Of a stretch of 64,000 nt of DNA, positions 46,262 to 56,391 are shown piece by piece (position 1 is the stretch's first letter; each line of letters opens with the position of its first letter). Both the position numbers and the translations under genes were made by a program. The stretch lies in assembly GCA_964354025.1 (NCBI GenBank), contig CAYGXQ010000001.1, positions 70,567-134,566 on the forward strand. The letters run 5' to 3'. Source of the DNA: an uncultured Gammaproteobacteria bacterium. GTDB lineage: Bacteria > Patescibacteriota > Microgenomatia > 2-02-FULL-39-11. The notes below the pieces were generated by a model. That model searched no databases. It was not told the DNA's origin and was given only the letters and a program-made list of their open reading frames with translations.

Positions 46262-47539
46262 ATGGATACGAACCAACAGATCCAAAATCAGTACTTCAAT
46301 TTTTATCGGGATAATCTGGAAAAGACAGCCCAAGCGATTCAAAAAGGCAAAGTGTTAATTTTTGTGGGGATGAATTCGATCGGCAAAACTTTGCTGATCA
46401 ACCAGATAACTTCTTCCAGATTCAAGCAGGAATACCTGTCAAATCAAAAAGTACAGACAGTATTTTTGGAATATAAAGACAAGAATCCGCCCACCCCGGC
46501 TCAACTTTATAAATATTGGCTTACCGAAACAGCTAAGATTCGGGGATATAATTTGCCTTTGAATGAAGAATTTAATGACTATTCTTTTTACTATCACCTG
46601 ACGGAAATGACCAAGAATTTAGGGGAAGAGAAACTGGTCTATATTCTCCAAGACACCCAAAAATTGCTTGACCAGGGAGAAGCTTTTTTTCGCAGTCTGA
46701 TCTACCTCCACCGCTTCACTTACGGAAAAGTTTCCTATCTGGTCTTTTCCGAACCGCAAATCCTGGATTGCAAAAACACCTGGGTACAAAGATTTGTGCA
46801 AGACCTTACCAACCATAAATTTATTTTTCTTAAATTATTGGATAAAGCCACGACAATTACTGACATTCAAAGGGAAGAACAGTTCCTGAAAGCTGATCTT
46901 AAACACAGATGGCCTTTGGTGATCAAGTATTCAGGCGGGCTGCATGGAGTAATCGGCGCCCTTTGTTATTTTTTGAAAAAATTTCCGGAAGTGAAAGATA
47001 TCAGACAACTGCGGAAAATTGTCGAAGATGACAAAATGTGTGAGTATTGGTTTAAGGATATTTTTGACAGTCTTCCGCTTGAGTCACTTCGAATTTTAAA
47101 AGAAGTAGTCATGCATAAAGATAACTGGAAAAAATACAACAGGGAGATTTTTGGGGAATACCTGGTCAATTTAGGATTTTTGAAAAATGACGGCACTTTC
47201 CGTCATCCACTGATGCTTTTGTCCCTCAAAAAATACGTGATAGGAGAAAGAAAAAACATCCAGGAACTTACATTGGTTAAAAATGCATTTTTTCTAAACG
47301 GTGCTAAAATAAAATTAACCAAAAGAGAGTTTGCGGTTTTACAGGTTTTGCATAAAAATAAGGGTAAGACGGTGACGACTGACCAGTTAGCCGAAGCTTT
47401 ATGGAAAGACAATCCGGAGGCATTCTCTCTTTGGGCGATCGCGCAGACAGTCCGGCGCTTGAGAAAAAAACTGGCTTTTTATTTTATCCCCCCTCAAACC
47501 ATTAAAAGCATCAGGGGAGAAGGGTATATGATGAGCTAA
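46262..47539 (+). CDS. P-loop ATPase with C-terminal OmpR/PhoB-type winged-helix DNA-binding domain
   Basis: Walker A VGMNSIGKT, Walker B-like VYILQD, C-terminal LTKREFAVLQVLHKNKGKTVTTDQLAEALW...VRRLRKKL...IKSIRGEGY (trans_reg_C pattern). Confidence 0.6.
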   Translation: MDTNQQIQNQYFNFYRDNLEKTAQAIQKGKVLIFVGMNSIGKTLLINQITSSRFKQEYLSNQKVQTVFLEYKDKNPPTPAQLYKYWLTETAKIRGYNLPLNEEFNDYSFYYHLTEMTKNLGEEKLVYILQDTQKLLDQGEAFFRSLIYLHRFTYGKVSYLVFSEPQILDCKNTWVQRFVQDLTNHKFIFLKLLDKATTITDIQREEQFLKADLKHRWPLVIKYSGGLHGVIGALCYFLKKFPEVKDIRQLRKIVEDDKMCEYWFKDIFDSLPLESLRILKEVVMHKDNWKKYNREIFGEYLVNLGFLKNDGTFRHPLMLLSLKKYVIGERKNIQELTLVKNAFFLNGAKIKLTKREFAVLQVLHKNKGKTVTTDQLAEALWKDNPEAFSLWAIAQTVRRLRKKLAFYFIPPQTIKSIRGEGYMMS

Positions 47540-47540
47540 T

Positions 47541-49856
47541 ATGATAGGAGAAACACCAACTGTTTTACCATCTATGTGGGCAAGAATAAGACAAAGACAG
47601 GCAGAAGCAAATGAATTGCAGGGGGATGCCAGAGTAGGAGCGCAAATAACTATTGATAGCTTAACGAGACGTATGCCCAATTTGCCGGAAGAAAAAAAAC
47701 AACTATGTATAGATTATCATCGTGTAGCCGAACCGGTTCTTACTGATTTGCGATGGGCGCCACGTATTACGACGAGAGATGATCTATTCAATACTTTTTT
47801 AAGAAGACGTATCGATGCCTGTCTTGATAATGGGGAAGATCGGGTATATATAGAGATGGCTTTTGGACAACTTAAGTCTTATATAGAACAGACACGCAAT
47901 GAAGTCGTTGATTTCCTTGAGGGATTAGTTCATAAAATGACTGCTACTAAAAATGCGGAAATGGTAGTGATAAATAATGAGGAGGTAAGTTTCAGCGAAA
48001 CCTTTTTAAGAGATTATTTGAGAGATTTTTTTAACAAGTATCCTTTGCAATGGAATGATAGTCAGGTTGATTTAAAGGATAGAATTTCGGCAGTCATGTA
48101 CGCCATCGATGATAATACCAAAGCCAAAGAGGGTGAACGTTATCTCCCGATTATTAAAGTAGGACAAAGGTTTGAGTTTGATATCCCAGAGGAATTCCAA
48201 TATGTTTTGGCCTTAAAAATTCTTGAACAAACTGATTTGACGGATGAAAGAACATCTCCACTATTATATACAAAATATATTAACTGGGATTTCTCGTCAG
48301 AAGCAGTCTTGGCAAAATTGGATGCGGTAAATTGTTTCAAGAATGGGAGATATAAGGATTTCCGTTTTTTATTATCAGCGATAGGAGAAATTATTTATGA
48401 TGATAGGAGTTATAGAGCGACGTTGATCGATTTTCTGACCGGAGTGACAGAAAGGATTGGAGGGAGAGATCCAGTCGAGATGCGCAAAGGATTTGCTTTT
48501 GCCAGAACAATTTTAGATGATTTTGCCAAGTATTACGTTAAGGACAGTAGGGAATCTATAGAATACAGGTTTTTGGAACAGACAAGAGAAGCATTGAACC
48601 AGCGCGAAAGAGAATATTTTTATCCAGACAGAAAACCGGTTGTTCCGGCTGATGTTATGGAGCAAGCGGTTTCGGCTATGGAAAGGAGAGGACCGTCTGC
48701 GATGAATGAAGCCATCTGGTTGGGAATGGTGCCGGAAGGATCAGTGGGAGCGCTTTTCCCGCCGGAGATGAGAGAGCAGATAGAACTAATAATCCAATAC
48801 GCTTTGAAACGGCGGAAAGCGGAAGCAGCAATCATTCCTGGGACTGCTGATGTTTATGGAGCAGATAGTGAGGAAGCGATTTGGATAATGAAACTAAAAC
48901 AGGCTTTTATTGGAGCAATGTTCGCTAAGGATGACGGATATGATATTCATCTACGAAGAGACAATGAGCCGACTTTGCAGGTAACAGAAGGTCCGACTGA
49001 TGCCTCCGAACGGGCGCTATTGATGATTCTGAATGTTATTAACGAAATAGTTAAGATAAAAGCTACAGATAACAGACTAGCTTTAGGTGTTTCTGAAATG
49101 ATGACTGCTGTTTATTATGGTGACGTGGCGAGTAGAAGTCTTTGTTGGGACAAAGAGAGAAAAAGATATGTCTGGGAAAATCCGAAATTTCTCGAACAGT
49201 ATGAGAAAGCAGAACGGGCAATTGCCGGTATTTTTGCCTGGTATCCGCTTTACGCTGGCGAAGTAACTGGATTTCCCGAATCAGGCGCTTTATGGGCTGA
49301 GGCTAACCGTGACTATGGCTATTTGATCTTAGTGGCGAATGATATGGAGGATATCTTGATAAGAGGAAAATATAAGAAACATGAGATGGGTAATGATATC
49401 GGTCAGAAGCCCTCTATTTACCAATGGCTTTTCATGCATCTTGAATTACCGGAAGATGATTCTTTATCTGCTTCCCTGGTTGCTGATCAAGAAATTGTCC
49501 GGAAAGCTTATGATGATATCGGCCGCAAAAGACACGCCGGAGAAAAACTAAACGATGTTGATTATCAGCAAATTGCTCAAGCTTGTGAAGCTCTAACGAA
49601 ATATGCACCAAGAATTATTCCCCAGATGCAAATCATGCTAGAACCGTTTTACACCAGAGCAAGAGAGTCTTTAGCTGAAGCATTTAAAAAATTGCCTTCG
49701 ATGGATAGACGGAATACCACTCAGCAGATAATTTTTGAAAATATGATTGATGGAGTCTGGCAGAAGATCTGCGGATTTTCTGGAAGCGGGGAAGAAGCAG
49801 CTATTGAACAATTATTTCAAGTAAGAGAAAAAGTAAAAGAGGAAGTTCTAGAGTAA
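47541..49856 (+). CDS. large soluble protein of unknown function, translationally coupled to the ATPase-wHTH gene
   Basis: 771 aa uninterrupted ORF starting 1 nt after the upstream TAA; no TM or recognisable motif. Confidence 0.5.
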   Translation: MIGETPTVLPSMWARIRQRQAEANELQGDARVGAQITIDSLTRRMPNLPEEKKQLCIDYHRVAEPVLTDLRWAPRITTRDDLFNTFLRRRIDACLDNGEDRVYIEMAFGQLKSYIEQTRNEVVDFLEGLVHKMTATKNAEMVVINNEEVSFSETFLRDYLRDFFNKYPLQWNDSQVDLKDRISAVMYAIDDNTKAKEGERYLPIIKVGQRFEFDIPEEFQYVLALKILEQTDLTDERTSPLLYTKYINWDFSSEAVLAKLDAVNCFKNGRYKDFRFLLSAIGEIIYDDRSYRATLIDFLTGVTERIGGRDPVEMRKGFAFARTILDDFAKYYVKDSRESIEYRFLEQTREALNQREREYFYPDRKPVVPADVMEQAVSAMERRGPSAMNEAIWLGMVPEGSVGALFPPEMREQIELIIQYALKRRKAEAAIIPGTADVYGADSEEAIWIMKLKQAFIGAMFAKDDGYDIHLRRDNEPTLQVTEGPTDASERALLMILNVINEIVKIKATDNRLALGVSEMMTAVYYGDVASRSLCWDKERKRYVWENPKFLEQYEKAERAIAGIFAWYPLYAGEVTGFPESGALWAEANRDYGYLILVANDMEDILIRGKYKKHEMGNDIGQKPSIYQWLFMHLELPEDDSLSASLVADQEIVRKAYDDIGRKRHAGEKLNDVDYQQIAQACEALTKYAPRIIPQMQIMLEPFYTRARESLAEAFKKLPSMDRRNTTQQIIFENMIDGVWQKICGFSGSGEEAAIEQLFQVREKVKEEVLE

Positions 49857-49970
49857 ATGTTACGATTTTTTCGATCAGATTACTGCCGGGAATTTATGCT
49901 TGAAGTAATATATCATGCTAAAAAGAGCCTGTCAAGCACTATAGGCTTAGTATAATTTACCACTAGATTG

Positions 49971-50026
49971 GAAGATCCCTCAACGAAGTTTATCCTGAGC
50001 GAAGTCGAAGGGTTCGGGATGACAGA
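49971..50026. repeat. family-1 structured repeat, half copy
   Basis: ggaagatccctcaacgaagtttatcctgagcgaagtcgaagggttcgggatgacag; contains the same 22-mer found in frame in tsaD and in the helicase. Confidence 0.65.
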
Positions 50027-50033
50027 TACAATT

Positions 50034-51476
50034 TTACGGAAACAGGAGGAGTTTGGTGCCTAAGAAAAGCAAGGCGGCGGAGGCGGCAAACAGGATGGTA
50101 GTAGGCCCGGTTGAGCCTGATCGGGGAGCGCCGACGGGCGGTGAGGTTGGTTGCGGTTGCAGAGTAGGCGCAATTACAGTCGGTTGAACCGCGGTCGGTT
50201 GAGGAGGGCTGGTGGGGGCCGGTGTAGCTGAAGGAACGGTCGGCGCGGTGGTTGGGATGGTTGTGGGAGACGGAAGGCAAACTGAAGGAGCACAGGTAAC
50301 GGTTATCAGTTCTCCCGATAAGGTGGCCTCGCCCAAGACGCTTTCCCCGCTTTTGAGAACATAAAAAGTTTTCTTGACAGTAACTAATTTCCCGGAAGAA
50401 TCATATGATTGGATAGTGACTTCATGCAAGCCCGGTTCAAGGTTTTTCGGCGGGGTCCAGGACCAGGTACCGTCTTTGGCGGTTTTTATTTTCCCCGTCT
50501 GCGGATCAGATTTAACCGTAATGAGAACCTGACTGCCCGGCCGGGCCACTCCCCGCAGTTTGGGTTTCTTATCCGGAGTATAATCACGGTCGTTTTGGGG
50601 GAAAAGGATATCGATCTCCGCGGGCTTTTCCGGTTTTTTCGTCATGGTGGGAAAAATGGTGACCGCGGTTTTCGCCCCCAAAATATTTTGATTGTTCAGT
50701 TTAGCCAGTTGGTCTTTTTTGGAAAGCAAATTGATAAAATTGTAAGAATTGCCGATGACCATGTCGGGAATTGCCAGGTTTTGTTTGATGGATTTCAGAT
50801 CAATGACGGCTGAAGAAACTCCATCAGAAGAATTTTTCACCGTTATTTGGATAAGATCACTGTCGGATAAATTCGGCCGTGAAAGAAGGTCTCCGGTTCG
50901 TAAATTATTAAAAGGGATAACCCAAAGCCCAAGTTTATCGGTTTTGCCGGACAAGATGGAATTATTGCTCACCGTCAAGTAGACGATAGCACCTTCTTGA
51001 GGTTTGCCGTTTTTATCTACGATGACGCCGTGAGTCGGCGGCAAGTCGAGCGTCGAAGACAATTTCGAAGCGGTTTTTTGGGAAAAAACCGGGCATGCCC
51101 GTTCTTCTTTACAGGAATTTGTCCCGCTGATGACTTTCACCGAATAGTTCGTGTCTTCGCTTAAATTTTTCACTGTTACATAATGAGTATTTCTTGGGCG
51201 CGGCAGATTGTCACTGTCGCCGTCATCCAAAAAGGTTAGCTTTTGCACGTCCGAAGAAACAACAACAGAACCGGTCGTTTCTTGGGCCGTCAGCCAGGAA
51301 ACGGTTAAGGAACTATCAGAGACATTGGTAAATTGGACATCCACCGGTACATTCGACGGATTAGCCATTGAGGTAAACGACTGGGGTCGGCGGTCCAAAT
51401 AAACACCAATGCCTAAGCCTCCGAGGATAAGGAAAAGGGCTATAATTGTCGGAATCTTTTTTTCTTTGCGGTACAT
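50034..51476 (-). CDS. surface protein with FN3-like and Ig-like domains, Pro/Thr linker and C-terminal TM anchor
   Basis: N-terminal TM; PVDVQFTNVSDSSLTVSWLT...TNYSVKV (FN3-like); Ig-like segment; PT-rich stretch; C-terminal ILFAASAALLFLGTKLLLFP. Confidence 0.5.
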   Translation of the reverse strand: MYRKEKKIPTIIALFLILGGLGIGVYLDRRPQSFTSMANPSNVPVDVQFTNVSDSSLTVSWLTAQETTGSVVVSSDVQKLTFLDDGDSDNLPRPRNTHYVTVKNLSEDTNYSVKVISGTNSCKEERACPVFSQKTASKLSSTLDLPPTHGVIVDKNGKPQEGAIVYLTVSNNSILSGKTDKLGLWVIPFNNLRTGDLLSRPNLSDSDLIQITVKNSSDGVSSAVIDLKSIKQNLAIPDMVIGNSYNFINLLSKKDQLAKLNNQNILGAKTAVTIFPTMTKKPEKPAEIDILFPQNDRDYTPDKKPKLRGVARPGSQVLITVKSDPQTGKIKTAKDGTWSWTPPKNLEPGLHEVTIQSYDSSGKLVTVKKTFYVLKSGESVLGEATLSGELITVTCAPSVCLPSPTTIPTTAPTVPSATPAPTSPPQPTAVQPTVIAPTLQPQPTSPPVGAPRSGSTGPTTILFAASAALLFLGTKLLLFP

Positions 51477-51665
51477 TTATTCCTCCCGTTTTTGTAGCTG
51501 TTTGATTATGTCATTATCAAAAGTGGGTGTCAACGGGACAACCTGTTTGAGTTGTATTTCAGTGACGGAAGTAGTTTTGCCGGCACCAAAGACGCTGAAA
51601 AAAATCCAGGCGATGACCGTCAGTAACATGATCAGGGCAATGATGGTAAATTCTCTACGGTTCAT
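51477..51665 (-). CDS. small single-TM protein, hypothetical (pilus operon)
   Basis: 62 aa, one TM, co-directional and abutting pilO. Confidence 0.35.
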   Translation of the reverse strand: MNRREFTIIALIMLLTVIAWIFFSVFGAGKTTSVTEIQLKQVVPLTPTFDNDIIKQLQKREE

Positions 51666-52275
51666 AGTAAGCGGTAGCCTTCAGGGCAATCCGCAAATTT
51701 TTATTATCAGTTCCGCCCTCACGGGTCATTTCCAATGAATTAATAGTGATTATCCTTTTCCAGTTGATAAGGTGTTGTACAAAAAAAGACATTGCCTGAT
51801 AATTGCCGGTTCCGATCAGGCTGAAACTGTATTTCTGGAGTTTGCCGGAAGGCGTGAGTTTAGAAATCGGGACATTATCAATCTGCAGCTGGTTGATGGA
51901 AAGTTCGGAAACCTGGGCAAAATTCTCAATCGCCTGTGCCAGCTTATGAAAAAGGGCGTTACCGGGAATCGCCAAATTAATCAAGGGGAGACTGTCTCTT
52001 ATCTGCTCGTATTCAGTTTGGGCCCGGATAATACCGCTGATTTTGTTTTCATATTCCAGGTCGATTTTTTTCAAATCGGAAACGCTTTTTATCAGTTTGA
52101 CCGCGGTTATGATCGTCGGGCGGATGGCGAAAAAGCCAAAAAATGAAAGCGTAAAAAGCGAGAGGGAAATAGTGAAATAAGAAACAGTCTTCTTGTTTTT
52201 GGTGATTTGCGGCAATTTTTTGTAAGCTTGTGTAAAAAGTGAACGGTTGATATTGAATAGCGGCATATTTATCAA
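51655..52275 (-). CDS. pilO: type IV pilus assembly protein PilO-like
   Basis: Single TM, coiled coil, C-terminal domain; placed directly after pilN. Confidence 0.5.
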   Translation of the reverse strand: MINMPLFNINRSLFTQAYKKLPQITKNKKTVSYFTISLSLFTLSFFGFFAIRPTIITAVKLIKSVSDLKKIDLEYENKISGIIRAQTEYEQIRDSLPLINLAIPGNALFHKLAQAIENFAQVSELSINQLQIDNVPISKLTPSGKLQKYSFSLIGTGNYQAMSFFVQHLINWKRIITINSLEMTREGGTDNKNLRIALKATAYYEP

Positions 52276-52277
52276 AA

Positions 52278-52832
52278 TTATTGGAAAAATTTTTGATTAA
52301 TTTTGGCCTTTACTTTATATTCTATCTTACCGTCTGTCCGGCGTAAAATATCCTCAAGGGTGACCTCAGAAAACTTGTTCTCTTTCTGAAGCTGTTGAAG
52401 AAGGTAGCTGAAACTGCGAAGGTTTGAGGCAGTGGCTGCGAAAGTGATCCGGTCGCCTGAAAGTGAGACGGTGGTGTAGTAAGTGTCGACCGGCGTATTT
52501 TCCTGCAGGAAATGCAGAACCTTACTGTATAAGTTTTGGTTTTCGGAGGTTGTGCGGATATCCGCCAGTTTTCCCTGTACACGTCTGATATCCGTTTCCA
52601 GATCAGCCACTGATTCGACGATAGCCTGTTTTTGGCTGACTGATTCTTTCAAATCGGTATGATCGCGGTCCAGCTTAAAGCGGAGAAAAAAAACGATCAG
52701 GACAGTGATTTGGGTCAGAATGATAATATAACGGCCGTAAGTTAAGGCCCAGGCAAGAAACTGTTCGGAAAAAGAGGTCGGTGCTTCCCGGACGACGAGG
52801 TTGATATTGACTTTCGGTTTTTGGGCAGACAT
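52278..52832 (-). CDS. pilN: type IV pilus assembly protein PilN-like
   Basis: N-terminal KVNINLVVRE (compare PilN INLLPWRE), single TM, periplasmic domain. Confidence 0.6.
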   Translation of the reverse strand: MSAQKPKVNINLVVREAPTSFSEQFLAWALTYGRYIIILTQITVLIVFFLRFKLDRDHTDLKESVSQKQAIVESVADLETDIRRVQGKLADIRTTSENQNLYSKVLHFLQENTPVDTYYTTVSLSGDRITFAATASNLRSFSYLLQQLQKENKFSEVTLEDILRRTDGKIEYKVKAKINQKFFQ

Positions 52833-52836
52833 AAAG

Positions 52837-52893
52837 ACAATTATAAATTACAAATTCTAAATTATAAATTAAATTAAAAATTCAATAATTAAG
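52837..52893. repeat. AT-rich ttacaaatt/ttataaatt repeat, intergenic copy
   Basis: acaattataaattacaaattctaaattataaattaaattaaaaattcaataattaag; same family as the in-frame copies at 8697-8753 and 23175-23212. Confidence 0.6.
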
Positions 52894-52916
52894 AATGAGA
52901 GAGATCTTTAACTAAA

Positions 52917-53183
52917 TTATACTACGGATTTCTTTTTTCGGGAGGTTTTCTTACCAACCAATTTTGCCAGCCGTGATTTCAGTCTGGCGACTTTATTCCG
53001 GTGAAAAATCTTTTTCTTGGCGGTTTCGTCCAGAAGGCTATAGATTTGGGAAAGGAGAGCCGTGGTAGGAGATTTACGGTATTTATTGATGATTTTCTTG
53101 ACTTCTTTTTTCACCAGCAGATTTTGGTTTTGTCTTTTTTTATCCTGGCGTAATTTTTTCCTGGCACCTCTAGTGATTGGCAT
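52917..53183 (-). CDS. rpsT: 30S ribosomal protein S20
   Basis: 88 aa, very basic, MPITRGARKKLRQDKKRQ...SRLAKLVGKK pattern of bS20. Confidence 0.7.
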   Translation of the reverse strand: MPITRGARKKLRQDKKRQNQNLLVKKEVKKIINKYRKSPTTALLSQIYSLLDETAKKKIFHRNKVARLKSRLAKLVGKKTSRKKKSVV

Positions 53184-53213
53184 ATACTTGGTAGTATACT
53201 AAAGAAGAGGCTT

Positions 53214-54881
53214 ATGGTCAAGCTATTTCGAAGTACGCTTTCACTTTTTACCCGCCAGCAAAAAAATATTTTTTCGGCGGCAACTGTCATCATGCTGACG
53301 GTTGCGCTGTCCCGCATCCTGGGTCTTTGGCGGGACAGGCTTCTGGCCGCCCGTTTTTCACCTTCGGATTTGGGTGTCTATTACGCCGCTTTCCGTTTGC
53401 CTAATATGATCTTCGAACTGTTGGTAATGGGAGCCTTAGCTGCCGCTTTTATCCCTGTTTTTACCAGCTATCTGGACACAAAGGGCAAAAAAGAAGCTTT
53501 CATGATGGCCTCGATTGTGATCAATATTGGTTCGGTCGTTTTTCTTATAATCTCTTTACCGTTGGTTATTTTCAGCCGGCAGGTTTCACAGGTATTGGCT
53601 CCCGGTTTTAACCAACAGCAGCTTGATCTGATGGCCGTTTTTTCCCAAATAATGATGCTGGCTCAGGTTTTTCCGCTCATTATCGGTAATTTTATTACCG
53701 GGATGCTGCAGTCTTTCCGCAATTTTTTTATTTCCTCACTGGCTCCGGTGGTCTACAATCTGGGTATTATTTTCGCCATCATTATTTTATCCCCGGCGAT
53801 TGGATTGTACGCGCCGGTAGTCGGCGTCGTTATCGGAGCTGTCCTTTTTGCCCTTGTCCAAATACCGACAATTGTCTCTTATGGCTACCGGCATAACTGG
53901 TTATTTGCCTATAAACACCCGGGAGCGCGGGAAATTGGAAAACTAATTCTACCGAGGACTTTGGGACTGGCGGTAACTCAGATAGATACGACGATTGACC
54001 TAATTCTTTCTTCATTGCTTGGAGCCGGGGCAGTCACGATTTTTAGTTTTGCCCAGCATCTGCAGCAATTGCCGATCGGTTTATTTGGCGTCAGCCTCGC
54101 CCAGGCAACTTTGCCTTCCCTTTCTTCGAATTTTGCCCAAAAAAATTGGCTGGAGTTTAAAAAGACTTTTATTTCCTCATTTCACCAGATTCTTTTTCTG
54201 GTTGTGCCGATGTCCGTCATTTTGATAGTCCTGCGGATACCGATTGTCAGGCTTGTTTTTGGCGCTTCAACTTTGTTTGACTGGGAGAGTACAGTGACTA
54301 CCGGTACGACTTTGGCCTATTTCAGCTTTTCTCTTTTTGCCCAAAGCCTGGTGCATCTTTTAGCCCGGTCTTTTTACGCCATGCATGATACAAAGACGCC
54401 GGTGATTGTGGGAGCTGTTTCTGTTTTGTTAAATTCGGTTTTATCGGTTTTAATGATTATTCATTTTCATCTTGGCGTCTGGTCGCTGGGTTTGACGGCG
54501 ACGGTGGCGAACCTTTTAAATATGTCGTTGCTTCTAATTTTCCTTGATAAGAAAATCGGCCATTTTAGTCGTAGAGAATTATTTTTGCCGGCCGGCAAGA
54601 TTTTTTTGTCCTCGGCTGTTTCCGGCCTGGCTCTTTATATCCCGCTTAAACTTTTTGACCAGCTGGTTTTTGACACCACCAGAACTATTAACCTAATCAT
54701 GCTTACCGGCGTGTCGACTTTTTTCGGCCTCTCGGTTTACCTTTTCCTGGTCTGGTTTTTGGAAGTGCCGCAAATCGGTCTTCTTCGTAAGTTATATAAA
54801 AAGATAAGGAAAGAACCGTATCAGGGAGTCTTGATCGATACCACCGCGGAGGCCGTCAACGTCCAGAAATCCGAGATTTGA
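53214..54881 (+). CDS. murJ: lipid II flippase MurJ
   Basis: SRILGLWRDRLLAARF...YYAAFRLPNMIFELLVMGALAAAFIPVF; 14 TM-type profile. Confidence 0.85.
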   Translation: MVKLFRSTLSLFTRQQKNIFSAATVIMLTVALSRILGLWRDRLLAARFSPSDLGVYYAAFRLPNMIFELLVMGALAAAFIPVFTSYLDTKGKKEAFMMASIVINIGSVVFLIISLPLVIFSRQVSQVLAPGFNQQQLDLMAVFSQIMMLAQVFPLIIGNFITGMLQSFRNFFISSLAPVVYNLGIIFAIIILSPAIGLYAPVVGVVIGAVLFALVQIPTIVSYGYRHNWLFAYKHPGAREIGKLILPRTLGLAVTQIDTTIDLILSSLLGAGAVTIFSFAQHLQQLPIGLFGVSLAQATLPSLSSNFAQKNWLEFKKTFISSFHQILFLVVPMSVILIVLRIPIVRLVFGASTLFDWESTVTTGTTLAYFSFSLFAQSLVHLLARSFYAMHDTKTPVIVGAVSVLLNSVLSVLMIIHFHLGVWSLGLTATVANLLNMSLLLIFLDKKIGHFSRRELFLPAGKIFLSSAVSGLALYIPLKLFDQLVFDTTRTINLIMLTGVSTFFGLSVYLFLVWFLEVPQIGLLRKLYKKIRKEPYQGVLIDTTAEAVNVQKSEI

Positions 54882-54891
54882 TATAGAGCGA

Positions 54892-56238
54892 TTATAACAA
54901 ATAATATGCCGGAATATACTTTATCATGATATTATCTGTCATTTTCTCTTTATAAATATCTCTGGTAACTAAAATCGCACTGTTTAACTTTTCCTGCCGG
55001 CAGAAATATAATAAATTTTTCAGGTCTTCCCGCCTGATCTGTTTCTGGTATTTTACTTCAATCGGGACTAATCCCTGATTTGTCTTCCAAATAAAATCTA
55101 TTTCCTGACCGGCACGTTTCCGCCAGAAATATACTTCTCCGCTTTGTTGGAATAAGTAATTAGCGACAAAACTTTCCGCCAATATACTTTCACTTGGAGC
55201 CCAGCTTGCCTCTTGTATTCCTGAGGCGGATTGCAGCGCCGATAAATTAACTGACGAGGGATAAATTTTTCTTTGCCGGACATTTCTGGTTCGAAATCCC
55301 ATTTTCCAGTTAAACAATTGTTTTACCAGCAAAGTTTTTTCCAACAAATCAATATAGTGCGACAGAGTATTTTTAGCCAGCTGCAAATCAGCAGACAAAT
55401 TTACCAGTTCTATCAGTTGTCCGGGTTTTTCTGTCAGTATCCGGGTCAAATTGACCAGTTCCGCTTCTCTGACCACCCGCAAATATTTGGGAATGTCCTG
55501 CTCCACCACTTTACCAATCACCCAGCTTCTTAAATACTCCTGCTTGTCTTTCCAGGCATCTAATTTTAGAAGATATGGAAATTCGCCCCAGGCTAAATAT
55601 TGTTTAAACAACTGTTCAATTTCCCATTCCGGTCTTTCAAAACTAATATTGGCAAATGGAGCAGTTTTGGTAAATTTTACCCCATGCTGTATACGTAAAA
55701 ACTCTCCAAAACCAAAAGGCCGCATGATAGTTTCTGATATCCTGCCGGCTAAACTTTCCCTGGCCTTGGTTTTAATAAATAGACTGGAAGAACCGCTGAT
55801 AATAAATTTAATTTGCGGATATAAATCGGTGAATTTTTTTAATATCGCGTTCCAATAGTCAACATACTGAATTTCATCGAAGAAAAAATAAAGCTTCCCT
55901 TTAGGATATTTATCTATCCGCATCTGGATAGTTTTTTCTAAAAATTTGGGTTCTTGGGCCAGCACAAACTCTTCGAAGGAAAAATAAAGGATTGTTTGTT
56001 TGTCTATGTCATGATGCAATAAATCAGCAATTACCTGTTTTATTAAGGTAGTTTTTCCTACCCGGCGCATTCCTATAATCGCGGTAATCAGATCTGACTC
56101 AGTAATTTTATTTTTCAGCATTTGATAAATTTCCCGCTTTGGTTTTTTTGCTTCTTCGATTTCCACCCCTTTATCCGCCCACCAGGGATTTTGCTTTATC
56201 AGTTCATTTGCGATTAATTTGTTATCAATATTGATCAT
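54892..56238 (-). CDS. AAA_14-type ATPase with DUF4143-like C-terminal domain
   Basis: NPWW start motif, Walker A GMRRVGKTTL, Walker B LYFFFDEIQYV. Start moved to MINIDNK (cat at 56236-56238). Confidence 0.65.
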   Translation of the reverse strand: MINIDNKLIANELIKQNPWWADKGVEIEEAKKPKREIYQMLKNKITESDLITAIIGMRRVGKTTLIKQVIADLLHHDIDKQTILYFSFEEFVLAQEPKFLEKTIQMRIDKYPKGKLYFFFDEIQYVDYWNAILKKFTDLYPQIKFIISGSSSLFIKTKARESLAGRISETIMRPFGFGEFLRIQHGVKFTKTAPFANISFERPEWEIEQLFKQYLAWGEFPYLLKLDAWKDKQEYLRSWVIGKVVEQDIPKYLRVVREAELVNLTRILTEKPGQLIELVNLSADLQLAKNTLSHYIDLLEKTLLVKQLFNWKMGFRTRNVRQRKIYPSSVNLSALQSASGIQEASWAPSESILAESFVANYLFQQSGEVYFWRKRAGQEIDFIWKTNQGLVPIEVKYQKQIRREDLKNLLYFCRQEKLNSAILVTRDIYKEKMTDNIMIKYIPAYYLL

Positions 56239-56391
56239 AAATGTCACATTAACGATCAATATCGTATCATGATTAACCGTAAATGTCAAATTGAGGATAA
56301 AGAAAGAATTATTCAGTTTTTTATTAATGGATGCGGTCTTTATTGATTTGGGTTGTGATGACAAGATTTAAAGCTTGGGAATTTGTTGGTA

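Noticed and set aside
47541-49856. Possible isoprenyl-diphosphate-synthase-like motifs in the 771-aa protein (AIDDNTKAKEGERY ; LVANDMEDILIRGKYKKHEMGNDIGQKPSIY resembling the second Asp-rich region)
   Set aside because: The two candidate motifs are about 415 residues apart, far more than in trans-IPPS or terpene synthases. The first Asp-rich motif does not fit. I treat this as chance similarity unless a profile search says otherwise.
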